A stretch of DNA of 64,000 nucleotides from Myxococcales bacterium (GCA_037445065.1 JBBILD010000004.1:64001-128000); one strand, 5' to 3'. Numbered from the stretch's first letter, positions 38,994-49,909 are shown. Notes: generated by a model from the letters alone, not told the origin. Translations and numbers: made by a program.

Positions 38994-39467
38994 GGCGCGG
39001 CCGTGTCGTCACGTCTTGGGCATTGTTGGCGGTGGTGGCAGTATGGATGGGCTGTGGCGCGGTGCGCACCGAGGCGCCGCAAAGGCTCAATCTCGCGCCG
39101 CGGCGATCTGGGTATCTATGATGTGGCGACTTGTTGGGGGCAGACCTTCTCCCTGCCCGCGCCTCCCGAGGGCAGCAGCGGGCAAGCTGCACGACGAGCA
39201 ACCACGCGAGTCGGCGCTACGCATGGTCGAGGGGCCCCGCCCCCTGGAGTGGCTGGTATGTCACGCATTGCTGCGCGGTTCAGGCAGGTGTGGGGCATCG
39301 GGGTGCCCAGCGAATCACCGTGCGGAACACCGTCGCGATGTGGTCGCGGCCGTTTGCGCCAGGGAATCCCTGGTTCGTGCCCTGCCGCGTGCCAGTCGAG
39401 GCGGGTATGGTCGCTAGTTGCGCGCCGTCCTGCTCCACGGCCAAAGGAGGCGGATGGAAGGCAAAGG

Positions 39468-40286
39468 ATGAAGCGTTCCTGCTCTGAAGGAGAACTGGCG
39501 GTAGATCAGCACGCGGTCGTGCATGCTTTGCGTCGCCGTGGGGTGGCGGTCGTGCGGGAGCGTCACGAAGGGGTTCTTCTACCAGCCCCGCCCCACAGGG
39601 ATCGCTGGTACGAATTGCTCAACCACTATTCGTTTCGCCTGTTTTTGCGCGATCTCATTCGATTGCGAACGGGGGCGCGGATCGAGCAGTTGTCGCGCTA
39701 TTGCTCGGCAGAGGTAGCGGCCGAGTTCGTGCGCCACCTGCAGCGTTTGGGGCTCGCGAAGATACGCGCAGGGTTGGTTTCGTTTGCCGGGGAACCGCCC
39801 CACTCCTTCGGCCCCACGCTCGAATGGTTCGTTGCCGAGGTGGTGCGCCGAGAGTTCGGGATGCAAGCCGCCTGGGGCCTGCGACCCGCGAAGGCGGCCG
39901 GTGGTGGCGATTACGACGTCGTGGCTTTGGCGGATGGCGCGCTGTGGTACTTCGAGATCAAGTCTGCTGCCCCGCGCAACATCGAAGTCGCGCAAACACG
40001 CGCCTTTGTGCGCCGCTTAGCGACCTTGGCCCCCGATGCGGCTGTGTTTCTAAACGACACCAAGCTGCGCATGCTCGACAAGCTCGTTCCCGCAATCCAG
40101 CAGGAACTCGACGCCACCCTCCCGCACTTCGGCCAGTTCCGCCGCTTGCGCGGAGAGGTATTCGTGGCGGCGGATCGCTTGTTCGTCACCAACAGCGATC
40201 CGGAGCTGGTGGCCAACGTCGGTACCTGCCTCGCCCACTTCTTGTGGTCGCGCGCCGGTTACCGCCGCAATGGTGAGGAGAAGTAG
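39468..40286 (+). CDS. Hypothetical protein with PD-(D/E)XK nuclease-like C-terminal domain
   Basis: FGPTLEWFVAE...GGDYDVVALADGALWYFEIKS fits an E...D...ExK pattern; helical N-terminus; ATG 39468. Confidence 0.65.
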   Translation: MKRSCSEGELAVDQHAVVHALRRRGVAVVRERHEGVLLPAPPHRDRWYELLNHYSFRLFLRDLIRLRTGARIEQLSRYCSAEVAAEFVRHLQRLGLAKIRAGLVSFAGEPPHSFGPTLEWFVAEVVRREFGMQAAWGLRPAKAAGGGDYDVVALADGALWYFEIKSAAPRNIEVAQTRAFVRRLATLAPDAAVFLNDTKLRMLDKLVPAIQQELDATLPHFGQFRRLRGEVFVAADRLFVTNSDPELVANVGTCLAHFLWSRAGYRRNGEEK

Positions 40287-40656
40287 TGACGAGCTGGGCC
40301 GTTGTTTCTGGGTGCGAGCCGAGTGCTGGGTTGGATGGTGGCGGCTGGAAGAGCGTTTGCAGCGGAAGGGGCCTATGACGTGTTCGACGGAACGTCTCTC
40401 GCTCACAGTTCCAGCCGGGGTGCAAAAGCACGTTGAGGTTGAGGACGCGAGCGGTGTTGCGGCCAGTGCAGCAGGAGGTCGTGCGGCGCTGGTGAACCAG
40501 AGGGCGAAGCTGTTCGCAATTAGCGCACGGCGGTTCCTGCAGGCCAAACTGGCAAGCGTGTTTGCCGAACCCCCCGAATGCCCAGCCTCAGGCCCGCCCG
40601 CGTCACGGGTTCGTTACCCGAGGGGCACCCGATCGGGTTTCGCTGTTCCGCGAAGT

Positions 40657-42678
40657 TCATCGGCCTGAGTCACTGCGGGTTTCTTCCGGGCCGCTGCCAT
40701 CGGGCGCAAACGAAGCGTCGCGAGTGAGGAGGATGCGGTCCACAGCGAAGCCACCGCTGCGCGCACGCAAGTTCAGCACGTGCCGCCCGGGTGCCACCTG
40801 GAGGGGCCGCTCGCTTGGCACCCAGGTCCACCTGTCGGGGACTTCAGCAAGACCGCTTACGACACCCCAGGCCGGTGCCCCGTCGAGTCCGACCCATGCT
40901 GAACTCGAGCCGGTTCCTCCAAGGCCGGCGCCAGCGCGGCCCCACGAAGACGGGACAAAAGTTCGTAGCCAGGCGAAGTACGAGCCACCCTCGACCTCCA
41001 CGGCGTACTCGAGGCCGAGCGTGTCCCCGAACGCACGCGGTTCGCCGCGCGTTGAGTTGAAATCTTGCACGTAGCCTTCGCCCGCGTAGCCGTCGTAGCG
41101 GCTGAAGATCACCCAGGTTGAGTCCCGCCAGTCGGTGTGGTGCTCGGCTTCGATCACCACTCTGCCCGCGCGTTCACGGAAGGCGTACGGCGCCTCGTGC
41201 AGCCGGTTCTCGAACCACACGACGCCCACGCTTTGTGCGTTACGGCGCGGATCCCACCAGGCCAGAGTTTCGATGGCATCCGCCCACCACTCCTCGCAAT
41301 TCGCCACTGCGTCGAGATCGCCGTCACCGTCTACGTCAATGAGTTCTACCTGGTCCCACTTCTCGCCGAACGCTGGCGTTTCCATGGGTTTGCCCGAGCC
41401 CCACTTGATGACGTGTGTGATCCAGTTGTCACTGCGCGGGGTGTCTCCGACGTATTCCATCCAGAACGCGGCTGCGCGGTCGGCGGGCAGGACCCCGTTG
41501 TCGTGAAGATTCATGGCCAAGATATCGAGGCGGCCGTCGCCGTTTAGGTCTGCGACCCGCACGGGTCGCGTGAGCTGGCGCGCGACCGGATCCTTCGGGA
41601 TCACGACCCGTTCGAATGTGACCGGCGCGCGAGCAGTCTTGCGGTACCAGTAGATTGCGTCCTCGACAGCGGTGACAAAGTCCTGAAGTCCATCGCCGTC
41701 CAGGTCTGCCACTCCGATCTGCGGCTTGTGATAGAAGGCCGGATCCGACGCGATCACATGCTTGGGCCAAGGAGCCTTTTGCGCTTCGCTGCCTGGGCCA
41801 GGGTTTTCGTACCAGTGTACGGTGATTGCCTCGGGCGGCGTATCGAAGTCGGCATTGATGTCGAGCACGTCGGCGTCGCCGTCTTCATCCACGTCCGTGA
41901 GCACGAATCCATGGCCGTCGAGCTGCTCAGGATCGAGATTATGAGCGCGCCAGAGTGTGAGGTCCCGCCGCAGCGCTGGGTCGCGCGGCGCCTCGAGCCA
42001 TTGGATGCTGCCCTTAGCGCCGTTCTTCCACAGAACACGGCCGCCGTAGAACACGTCCAACGCACCATCTCCGTTCACATCGTGTGGCACGGTCCAGAGA
42101 AAATGGCCGCGCTCGACCGTGTCGGGGAACAAGCCGCCGTCAACCCACGCCTCCGGGTCGAGTGCGCGCTCCGGTGGCGGACCCCAGATCACGCGGATGC
42201 CGGGCGCGTCGCCCTCAAAGAACCGGGTAATATGGCTGCCTTGCGCACCAATAATGTCGAGGTTGCCGTCTCCGTCGAGGTCCGCCAGGCTCGCGCTTTC
42301 AGTATCTATGCCGGGCACACCGCGCCCACCCTCTTTCAGCTCGAAGGCCACGACGGACGGCCAAGGTCGGCGTGGGTCGACGCCGCGCGGTGGGTGGAGC
42401 GTAATCACGTAACGCTGGTCGAACTCGTAATTGGTCACGTAGTCAGTATGCCCGTCTCGATTGACGTCGCCCGTTCCGAGTGCATTGGCGCCGCGAAAGC
42501 GGCTGTCGATCGGGTGCATGGGCCATGCCGCATCGTTCACGTTTTGGCGCGAATCCGGGTCAGAGCAGGCGGTGAGCATCGCAACGGAGCACGCACCGGC
42601 GAGTTGGAACAACGACGAGCAACGACTCGGCCAGGTCTTCGTGCCGAGCCGCGCGAGCCATTGGGGCGTCATCAACAT
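40657..42678 (-). CDS. FG-GAP/VCBS-repeat lipoprotein with C-terminal beta-sandwich (carbohydrate-binding-like) domain
   Basis: Lipobox-like MLTAC; seven D-x-D/N-x-D-G-x-x-D repeats (GDVNRDGHTD, ADLDGDGNLD, etc.); C-terminal VVIEAEH...GGFAVDRILLT. Start uncertain. Confidence 0.85.
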   Translation of the reverse strand: MLMTPQWLARLGTKTWPSRCSSLFQLAGACSVAMLTACSDPDSRQNVNDAAWPMHPIDSRFRGANALGTGDVNRDGHTDYVTNYEFDQRYVITLHPPRGVDPRRPWPSVVAFELKEGGRGVPGIDTESASLADLDGDGNLDIIGAQGSHITRFFEGDAPGIRVIWGPPPERALDPEAWVDGGLFPDTVERGHFLWTVPHDVNGDGALDVFYGGRVLWKNGAKGSIQWLEAPRDPALRRDLTLWRAHNLDPEQLDGHGFVLTDVDEDGDADVLDINADFDTPPEAITVHWYENPGPGSEAQKAPWPKHVIASDPAFYHKPQIGVADLDGDGLQDFVTAVEDAIYWYRKTARAPVTFERVVIPKDPVARQLTRPVRVADLNGDGRLDILAMNLHDNGVLPADRAAAFWMEYVGDTPRSDNWITHVIKWGSGKPMETPAFGEKWDQVELIDVDGDGDLDAVANCEEWWADAIETLAWWDPRRNAQSVGVVWFENRLHEAPYAFRERAGRVVIEAEHHTDWRDSTWVIFSRYDGYAGEGYVQDFNSTRGEPRAFGDTLGLEYAVEVEGGSYFAWLRTFVPSSWGRAGAGLGGTGSSSAWVGLDGAPAWGVVSGLAEVPDRWTWVPSERPLQVAPGRHVLNLRARSGGFAVDRILLTRDASFAPDGSGPEETRSDSGR

Positions 42679-43273
42679 GAGTGGAGTCTATACGGCCCCG
42701 GTAAAGTTTCTGGCAAGCACGAATTCCGGCTCGCACGCGAGACTTTCTGATCTAAAGGGAACCAGGACCGAAGCTTCTCAAACCGGTTCGAGCAGAGATG
42801 GTTCCTGCTCGCGCTGGCAAAGCCGATCGTGAGGAGACTTGCCGAACGGAGGATTAGAGGAATTCATTTTTCTGCCCAGCTTCACCCGACCGGTGCGCTC
42901 ACGACCCGAGAGGAACGCACGTTTACCGCATGGGGATCCGGCCCCGATGTTGCCGCTGCGCAAACCGATGACGTGGAGGAAGTTGGCAACTGGCACGATG
43001 TTCAGAGGGAAACCGCGCTACGCACTACTGCTCCGGCCCACGCTCGTCCGGGATCGTCAAGATCACTCTCGTGCGACGGGCCGGAGTCTCGCGGGCAACG
43101 GGTTACCGTTTACGTTGCGCGGGGTGCTGTTCAACCTGCCTGGCGGGTATCTGCTCCGCCGCGGCAGGGTGTCCGCCGTAAGTCTGCACCGAGCTTAGCG
43201 CTCGTGGCGCGGGTTTGCGCGCAGGGTGCCGCTGGCCAGGTTTTGCAGATGGAATGTCTGGCCTCGTTAGCGT

Positions 43274-44407
43274 CTATTCTCCGCCGAAGCGTTGGAAACA
43301 GCGGAGAGCGGCGTCGGTCATGGTCCAGCCGCAGGCGCCGTTTGCCTGCGGCTCGCAGACTGCGAAGCGATAGCAGCCGTACTCGGGCCGCCACTCGCAG
43401 GTGGTAATGACGCGCTTGCTCGCGCATACCTGACTGCTGCACCCGGTCCGCTGGCAGGGAGCCTTGTCTCGCGGTGGCTCGGGAGAGGGTGGTGGGGGCG
43501 TGCGTGCGGGTGGTGGGGGAGAAGTGGGCACGGGCCACCACGGCAGGCAAGAGAACGGGTTCGCGCACACGCAATCGTGCTGGCAGCCCTGCGGAGTGCA
43601 ATAATCCAGGGTGCAGGCGCGCCCGTCGTCGCAGTCTCGATCGGCTGCACAAGGTTTTGCCTCTGAGCACGGGCAGCGGAGCGCAAAGAAGTCACAGACC
43701 TGCCCGGGCTGCGAACAAGCCTGACTCGGGCTGCAAGGCTCGCCTGTGCAACGACCCGTGCGCAGGTCGAGGCATTGGCTCGCGGCACACGCGGGTTGCA
43801 TGCACTGACACGAGCCGCCGGGGAGTGGGGGCAAGCAGATCCCGGCCCCGCCCGCCGCGGTCGTGCATTCGGCGCCGCAGGGGCAACTTTCCAATGGGGG
43901 GCCTTGGCATGGTTCGAGGCAGGCGCGGAACTCGGCAAAGCAGGCGCTGGTTTGCTGGCCGAGGGTGGCGGCGCAGTCTTGCCAGCAGCGTACCGGCTCT
44001 TGGCTCGAGCGGCACTGGAGCACACACGTGCTCGGTCGTGGCGCGCGTGTTGCCACGCAAGCCCGCAATTGGCTGGCACAAGAACCAGCGCATTCGGTTC
44101 GGCCCGCTACCGCCGAGCTGAGGCAAGACCCGCCGCAGTTGGCGCGGGCTGCAGCGCAGGTTTGCCGTGCCTGCCGCCACCCTTCCCGGCAAGCGCTCAG
44201 GCAACTCGCACGCTCGGCTGCCGTCGTGTGCGCATCGCAAGCCGAGCGACAGGCTTGCAGTGCCACCCGGGCGCTGCGCACGCAGCTCCTTTGCTCCGCG
44301 GCGCATCCCAGGAAACAGTCTTCGCCGGGTGCCGCCTCGGGGTACAGGAGCAGCGACACGGAGATTGACACGGCCAACGAAACCGGAACACGGAGTGACA
44401 ACCGCAT
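43274..44407 (-). CDS. Secreted Cys-rich protein with C-terminal eight-cysteine-cluster-like domain
   Basis: Signal peptide; CxxxC helical repeats; Pro-rich linker; CQRTGCSSQVCASKRVITTCEWRPEYGCYRFAVCEPQANGACGW. Confidence 0.75.
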   Translation of the reverse strand: MRLSLRVPVSLAVSISVSLLLYPEAAPGEDCFLGCAAEQRSCVRSARVALQACRSACDAHTTAAERASCLSACREGWRQARQTCAAARANCGGSCLSSAVAGRTECAGSCASQLRACVATRAPRPSTCVLQCRSSQEPVRCWQDCAATLGQQTSACFAEFRACLEPCQGPPLESCPCGAECTTAAGGAGICLPPLPGGSCQCMQPACAASQCLDLRTGRCTGEPCSPSQACSQPGQVCDFFALRCPCSEAKPCAADRDCDDGRACTLDYCTPQGCQHDCVCANPFSCLPWWPVPTSPPPPARTPPPPSPEPPRDKAPCQRTGCSSQVCASKRVITTCEWRPEYGCYRFAVCEPQANGACGWTMTDAALRCFQRFGGE

Positions 44408-44535
44408 AACCCCTCCGAGCCTACGCGAACGGACCAGGATTCCGACGAGTTTTGTGTCATCAGTATTGCCCCGTAGAGACGGCCGAGGCAAGACAGAAAC
44501 AGTGGTTGCGGTCCGGATGTGCTATCAGCGCGGCC

Positions 44536-45048
44536 ATGGAGCAGAAGGACACCACGGCGGGAGAATCAGCGGAGAGCTGGCGGGTGCGGCGGGCACAGCG
44601 GAGGGACTTTGCGGGGGTTGCCGAACTTTGCAGCCGGCTCGGGGTTGGGGTGCTGGGGACGGACCGGCGCACGATTCGCCGCTTCCGCCGGATCGTGGCG
44701 GACTTGGGGAACGATTTGTATCTGGCAGAGGTAGGCGAGTCCCTATGCGGTTTGGTTCATATTGTGTACGCGCGGGAGCTGCTGGGACCGCCGCGCGCGG
44801 AGGTAGCTTTGCTCCTTGCTGATGACCCCACCGGGACCGGGGAGGTTCGCGCCCGCCTGCTGGCGTGCGCTCTCCAGCGCGCGCGCAAGCGACAGTGCTC
44901 TCGAGTGGTGCTACGGATCGGGTCGGTCCCCACCGACCTTGCGGACCTTTTGCAGCGGGAGGGGTTCCATTGTGGCGGCGAGTGGTACGCGCGCGACTTG
45001 GCCGTCGAGCCACAAGCACAGGTACAGGAGCGAGAGACCGATGCCTGA
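44536..45048 (+). CDS. GNAT-fold protein
   Basis: WRVRRAQRRDFAGVAELCSRLG, LYLAEVGESLCGLV, ARKRQCSRVVL..LQREGF; overlaps the gdh start. Confidence 0.7.
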   Translation: MEQKDTTAGESAESWRVRRAQRRDFAGVAELCSRLGVGVLGTDRRTIRRFRRIVADLGNDLYLAEVGESLCGLVHIVYARELLGPPRAEVALLLADDPTGTGEVRARLLACALQRARKRQCSRVVLRIGSVPTDLADLLQREGFHCGGEWYARDLAVEPQAQVQERETDA

Positions 45049-48000
45049 GTTGACCAAAGCCATTGCCCAGTTGATGGCGGAGCGAGAGCGAACGCAGCAG
45101 CCACAACCGGAGCGCGTGGACTCGCCCCAACTCCGCGAAGTGCTCGATCGGCTGCGGGCGGCGGTGGCCCCGGGTGAGCGCCCCATTGCAGAAGGCTTGG
45201 CGCGCCAGTGGCTGGAACGCTCTGGGGCAGACCTGCTCGACACCGCAACCGTAGAGGAACTGGTAGCGTGGCTGCTCGGGATGCTCCGCTTCGTCGAGCA
45301 ACCGGCCAGCGAGGAGCCGCGGGTGGAGGCGGACTGGTTGAACCAGGCGGAAGGCATCGTGGTGATTCGGACCTGGATGCGCGACCGCCCGTTTATTGTG
45401 GACACAGTGCAGGAGGCACTGCGCCAATCGCGCGTTCCCATCCGGCGCCTCTTGCATCCCATTTTCGTCGTGGAGCGGGATTCCACCGGGGCGGTGCGCG
45501 CGATCTCCATGCCGCCGGAGTTCGGGCAGAGGGAGTCGGTCCTGCACGTGGAGGTGGAGGGAATCACGGACCTCCAGGCAGTGGTGGAACAGCTGCGCGA
45601 ACGACTGACCAAGGTGGTTTGGGCCACGGACGACTACGCCGCCATGCGCAACAGGGCGGAAGAAATCGCGGACGAGTTACGCAGTCACAGCCTGCCGCGC
45701 CCATGGTCGGCGGACGTGGACGAATTGGCCGCCTTTCTCGACTGGCTGGGGCAGAAGAACTTTGTGTTTCTCGGTTACCGCGAATACGAGTTCCGGGGCT
45801 GGAGTAGCGCTCGCGTGGCGCAAGTGCGGCGGGGCAGCGGGTTGGGGATCCTGCAGGACGAAGAACGCTCTCACTATTACGAACCTCGGCCTCTTCCGGA
45901 CGGCTTGCGCCGCCGCCTGCACGAGCCGCCCTTGTGGCTGTTCTCCAAGACCAACGCAGAAAGCCCGGTTCACCGCAGCGGCCACATGGACTACATCGGC
46001 ATCAAGCAGGTGGACGCACAGGGCATTGTGGTCGGCGAGCGGCGTTTCCTGGGGTTGTTTACCGCGCGGGCTTACGCCCAAGAGCCCATGGGCATCCCGC
46101 TCCTGCGCATGAAGCTAGCGCATATCCTGGAAGCGGAAGGCGCCGAGGAAGGGTCGCACTCGTACAAGCAAATCGTGGCGTTGTTCAACAGCATGCCACG
46201 TATCGAGTTGCTCGCGCTACCCGCGGAGCAATTACGCGAGCGACTGCGCGCGATTTTGGCGGTCGAAGGACGCGACGAGGTGCGCGTGTGCTTGCATCTC
46301 GATCCGCTCGAGCGGGGAGCCTTCGTGTGCGTCGCCATTCCGAAGGCCCGTTTTTCCAACGAGCTGGGAGTCCAAGTCGAAGGTGTCCTGCTGAATCAAC
46401 TCTCCGCCCAGAGGCCGCTCGAGAGCCGGCTGGCCTTGGACGAATTCGACCACGTGCGCCTGCATTTTTACTTGGCCCCGCAAGCGCAGGCGATCCGCTT
46501 TGTCCCGGCGGCGGAGATCGAGGCGGCGATTACGGCGTTGCTGCGCACTTGGCAGGACCGGCTGCGCGCCGCGCTCGCCGACCGCTACCCGCGCGAACAG
46601 GCTCGGCTCCTCGCCGAAACCTACGGAAACGCCTTCCCGCCAGAATATCGCTCTTCCACCGAGCTGGAGCTGGCGCTGGCGGACATTGCGAACTTGGAGC
46701 AGGTGCGCTTGAGCGGGCTACCGCAGGTAGACTTCCAGCGGGCGGCACCAGGGAGCGAGTATCCAGACGCCGCGGTCGTAAAACTGTACCTTCCCGGTCC
46801 GCCGCTGGTGCTGAGCGACTTCCTGCCCCTGCTGGAAAACCTGGGTTTGCGGGTGCTGGCGCAGGACCTGGTTCGCGTCGAATTGGAGCCAGTCGGCCGT
46901 GTGCAAATTCACTCGTTCCCGGTGGCCGACCGGCGCGGGTTGGCCATGGATTTCGAAGACCTCGGGCCGCGCCTCAAACCGGCGATTGCGCTGCTGCACG
47001 CTGGCAAGCTCGACAACGACGCGCTCAACGCTTTGGTGACGCGGGCTGGCCTCACGTGGAGGCAGGTAGACCTGCTTCGGGCCTACGCGCGGCATGCCTT
47101 GCAGCTCAAACTGGCGTCGAGCCGGGAAGCGATCATGCAAGCTCTGGTCGAGGCGCCTGCCTGCGCGCGGGCGCTGTGGGAGTACTTTCGCGCCCGCTTC
47201 GATCCGGCGTTGCCGTTGGACTTAGCGGGCCGCGAGAAGGGCCCGCTGCGAGAGTGGGCGGAGAAATTCGAGGCTGCACTCGAGGCGGTGAGCAGTGTAG
47301 CCCAGGATCGGTTGCTACGTGCCCTCTTCGCCTCCGTACAGGCAACCGTGCGGACCTCCTACTTCCTGCCATTGAGCGAGCCCGCTGAGCCCTTGCCGAT
47401 CGCACTCAAGTTCGATGGGCGGCGGCTGCCCGGAGGTAATTCTCCGCAGCCGCGATTCGAAGTGTACGTGCATGCGCCGCAGGTCGGAGGCATCCACCTG
47501 CGCGCCGCCAAGGTCGCCCGTGGCGGCATCCGGCACAGCGACCGGCCCGACGATTTTCGGAGCGAGATTCTTTCCCTCATGGCCACGCAAAACGTGAAGA
47601 ACGCGGTGATTGTACCGAGCGGGGCAAAGGGCGGTTTCATCGTGCGCCAGCGGCGCTCGGGCAGCGCGGTAGACGTAGCCACCGCGTATGCCACCTTTAT
47701 CGAGGCACTGCTCGAGATCACAGACAACGTTGTGCGCGGCCGCGTCGATACGCCGGGGCGCGTACTGGCATACGACGAGCCGGACCCGTACCTGGTAGTG
47801 GCCGCCGACAAAGGAACCGCAGGCTTCTCGGATCTGGCCAACGAGATCGCCGTGCGCCGCAAGTTCTGGCTGGGCGATGCGTTCGCGTCTGGAGGACGTC
47901 ACGGCTACGACCACAAAAAACAAGGGATCACTGCCAAGGGAACTTGGGAATGTGTGCGCCAGCATTTTCGCGAAATGGGGCGCAGCGTGGATCGCGAAAC

Positions 48001-49909
48001 CTTGTCCGTCATCGGAATCGGCGACATGAGTGGGGACGTGTTCGGCAACGGCTTGTTGTATTCGCGCCACTTGCGCCTGCTCGCTGCGTTCGATCACCGG
48101 CATATCTTTCTGGACCCGGATCCGGACCCGGAAGTGTCGTACGAGGAACGCGCCCGCTTGTTCCGCACTCCGGGTTCGTCTTGGGCGGATTACCGTAGCG
48201 ACAGGTTGAGCCCTGGCGGAGCGGTGTATTCGCGTCAGGCCAAACGCATCGAGCCCTCACCCGAGGTGTGCCAAATGCTGGGTCTCGATGCGCGCCCGTA
48301 TACCGGCGAGGAGCTGGTGCAGGCAGTGTTGCGCGCAAAGGCGGACCTGCTGTGGAACGGTGGCATTGGTACCTACGTGAAAGCCTCGGACGAACCGCAC
48401 GCTGCTGCCAACGACCCGGCCAATGACTCGGTACGAGTGGATGCCCGAGAGCTGCGTGTGGCTGTGGTTGGCGAGGGTGGAAACTTAGGGTTTACGCAGC
48501 GAGCGCGAATCGAGTTCGCTTTGCTCGGCGGGCACATCAACACAGACGCCATCGACAACTCCGGCGGTGTCGACATGTCCGACCACGAGGTGAATCTCAA
48601 GATTTGCCTGCAGCCGCTGCTCGAAGCGGGCCAATTGACCATCGAGGAGCGCAACCGTTGGCTGGAGCAGGTCGAACCTGAAATCATCGCCCGGGTGCTT
48701 TCCCACAATCGCCGCCAAGCTCTGCTGCTCGGCGTTGACCAGTACCGGAGCCAGAGTCGCTTGCACGAGTTTCGTGACTTGATCTCCCAACTGGAAGGCG
48801 AAGGGGTGCTCGACCGGCGGGCGGAACAACTGCCGGACCGCGAAGCACTCCGCGCTCGCCGTGCTGTGTTCCTCGGCTTGACCCGTCCCGAGCTGGCCCT
48901 AGTCGTAGCCCACACCAAACGAGCTTTGCAGCAGACCTTGCTGCAGAGTGCGTTACCCGACGATCCGTTTTACGAGGCCTACCTGCGCCGATACTTCCCC
49001 GCTGCCGTGAACGAGCGCTTCAGTCTGGCAGTGCGCAGCCATTTGCTGCGTCGGGAAATGATCGCGGTGGAATTGGCCAACCTGGTCGTAGACCGTCTCG
49101 GGGCGACCTTCGTACACCGCGTCGCGCGCGACAGCGGGGCAAGCCCCGTGGATGTGCTGCGGGCAGTGAGCTTGCTCGGCGCTCTCCTCGAGTGGGACGA
49201 GCTGTGGGCAAAGGTCTTCGACACGGCTTCGCTCGGTTGGGAAGTGCAGAGACGCTGCGCCCTGGTCCTCGAGGAAGGGATGGAGCGTGCGGTACGCTGG
49301 TACTTGGAAACACAGCCGTCGGAGGTACCGGCTGGCGAGATGTACACAGCGATGGAGCGTGCCGTGCGACCGTTGTTGGCCGACCTCGGCGCACTGTTCC
49401 CCGAGGATGCGCAGGCGCGTTTCGAAGAAGGAATCGCGGGCCTTGTGCGGCAAGGCTTGGATTCGGCTGCCGCCCGCCAGTTGATGGTGGTGGAACGTGC
49501 TGCAGAATTGCTGGACATCGCCGAGAGTGCAGCAGGGCTCGAGTTGGACGGTGCCGTTGTAGGTCGGGCGTACTACTCAGTGGGAGGGCGGCTGGGTCTA
49601 GCTTGGCTGCGCGACAGCGTGCGGGCTCTGCCCGCTGAGGATCGCTGGGAGCGGCGTGCTCTCTATGAGGTGTTGCGCGACATTGATGCGGCACAACGAG
49701 AGCTGACGCGACAGGTACTCGCCTGCGCGCGCGCGGGCGAAGGGGTAGAGCAGTGCCTGGCTCGCTATGCCGACTTGCGGCGTGATGGCTTGGAAGCGGT
49801 TGCCGCCTTGATCCGCGACTTGCAGGCAGGGCGCAGGCTCACACTGGCCGCTGCCGTGGTCGCTGCTCGCGAGTTGCTGCGCTTGGCACAGCAAGGACAA
49901 GGGGCATGA
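45041..49909 (+). CDS. gdhB: Large NAD-specific glutamate dehydrogenase (about 1620 aa)
   Basis: DRPFIVDTV, FLGYREY, GIHLRAAKVARGGIRHSDR, VKNAVIVPSGAKGGF, YLVVAADKGTA, GYDHKKQGITAKG, GIGDMSGDVFGNG, NTDAIDNSGGVDMSDHEVNLKI. Confidence 0.95.
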   Translation: MPELTKAIAQLMAERERTQQPQPERVDSPQLREVLDRLRAAVAPGERPIAEGLARQWLERSGADLLDTATVEELVAWLLGMLRFVEQPASEEPRVEADWLNQAEGIVVIRTWMRDRPFIVDTVQEALRQSRVPIRRLLHPIFVVERDSTGAVRAISMPPEFGQRESVLHVEVEGITDLQAVVEQLRERLTKVVWATDDYAAMRNRAEEIADELRSHSLPRPWSADVDELAAFLDWLGQKNFVFLGYREYEFRGWSSARVAQVRRGSGLGILQDEERSHYYEPRPLPDGLRRRLHEPPLWLFSKTNAESPVHRSGHMDYIGIKQVDAQGIVVGERRFLGLFTARAYAQEPMGIPLLRMKLAHILEAEGAEEGSHSYKQIVALFNSMPRIELLALPAEQLRERLRAILAVEGRDEVRVCLHLDPLERGAFVCVAIPKARFSNELGVQVEGVLLNQLSAQRPLESRLALDEFDHVRLHFYLAPQAQAIRFVPAAEIEAAITALLRTWQDRLRAALADRYPREQARLLAETYGNAFPPEYRSSTELELALADIANLEQVRLSGLPQVDFQRAAPGSEYPDAAVVKLYLPGPPLVLSDFLPLLENLGLRVLAQDLVRVELEPVGRVQIHSFPVADRRGLAMDFEDLGPRLKPAIALLHAGKLDNDALNALVTRAGLTWRQVDLLRAYARHALQLKLASSREAIMQALVEAPACARALWEYFRARFDPALPLDLAGREKGPLREWAEKFEAALEAVSSVAQDRLLRALFASVQATVRTSYFLPLSEPAEPLPIALKFDGRRLPGGNSPQPRFEVYVHAPQVGGIHLRAAKVARGGIRHSDRPDDFRSEILSLMATQNVKNAVIVPSGAKGGFIVRQRRSGSAVDVATAYATFIEALLEITDNVVRGRVDTPGRVLAYDEPDPYLVVAADKGTAGFSDLANEIAVRRKFWLGDAFASGGRHGYDHKKQGITAKGTWECVRQHFREMGRSVDRETLSVIGIGDMSGDVFGNGLLYSRHLRLLAAFDHRHIFLDPDPDPEVSYEERARLFRTPGSSWADYRSDRLSPGGAVYSRQAKRIEPSPEVCQMLGLDARPYTGEELVQAVLRAKADLLWNGGIGTYVKASDEPHAAANDPANDSVRVDARELRVAVVGEGGNLGFTQRARIEFALLGGHINTDAIDNSGGVDMSDHEVNLKICLQPLLEAGQLTIEERNRWLEQVEPEIIARVLSHNRRQALLLGVDQYRSQSRLHEFRDLISQLEGEGVLDRRAEQLPDREALRARRAVFLGLTRPELALVVAHTKRALQQTLLQSALPDDPFYEAYLRRYFPAAVNERFSLAVRSHLLRREMIAVELANLVVDRLGATFVHRVARDSGASPVDVLRAVSLLGALLEWDELWAKVFDTASLGWEVQRRCALVLEEGMERAVRWYLETQPSEVPAGEMYTAMERAVRPLLADLGALFPEDAQARFEEGIAGLVRQGLDSAAARQLMVVERAAELLDIAESAAGLELDGAVVGRAYYSVGGRLGLAWLRDSVRALPAEDRWERRALYEVLRDIDAAQRELTRQVLACARAGEGVEQCLARYADLRRDGLEAVAALIRDLQAGRRLTLAAAVVAARELLRLAQQGQGA

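Noticed and set aside
38538..39467. N-terminal 310 aa of the 582-aa ORF 38538-40286
   Set aside because: Low-complexity Arg/Gly/Ala text running through a repeat region; protein-like sequence starts only near ATG 39468.
43050..43115. Frame reading VRRAGVSRATGYR, resembling a TetR helix-turn-helix
   Set aside because: Too short, with no start or continuing domain; may be chance.
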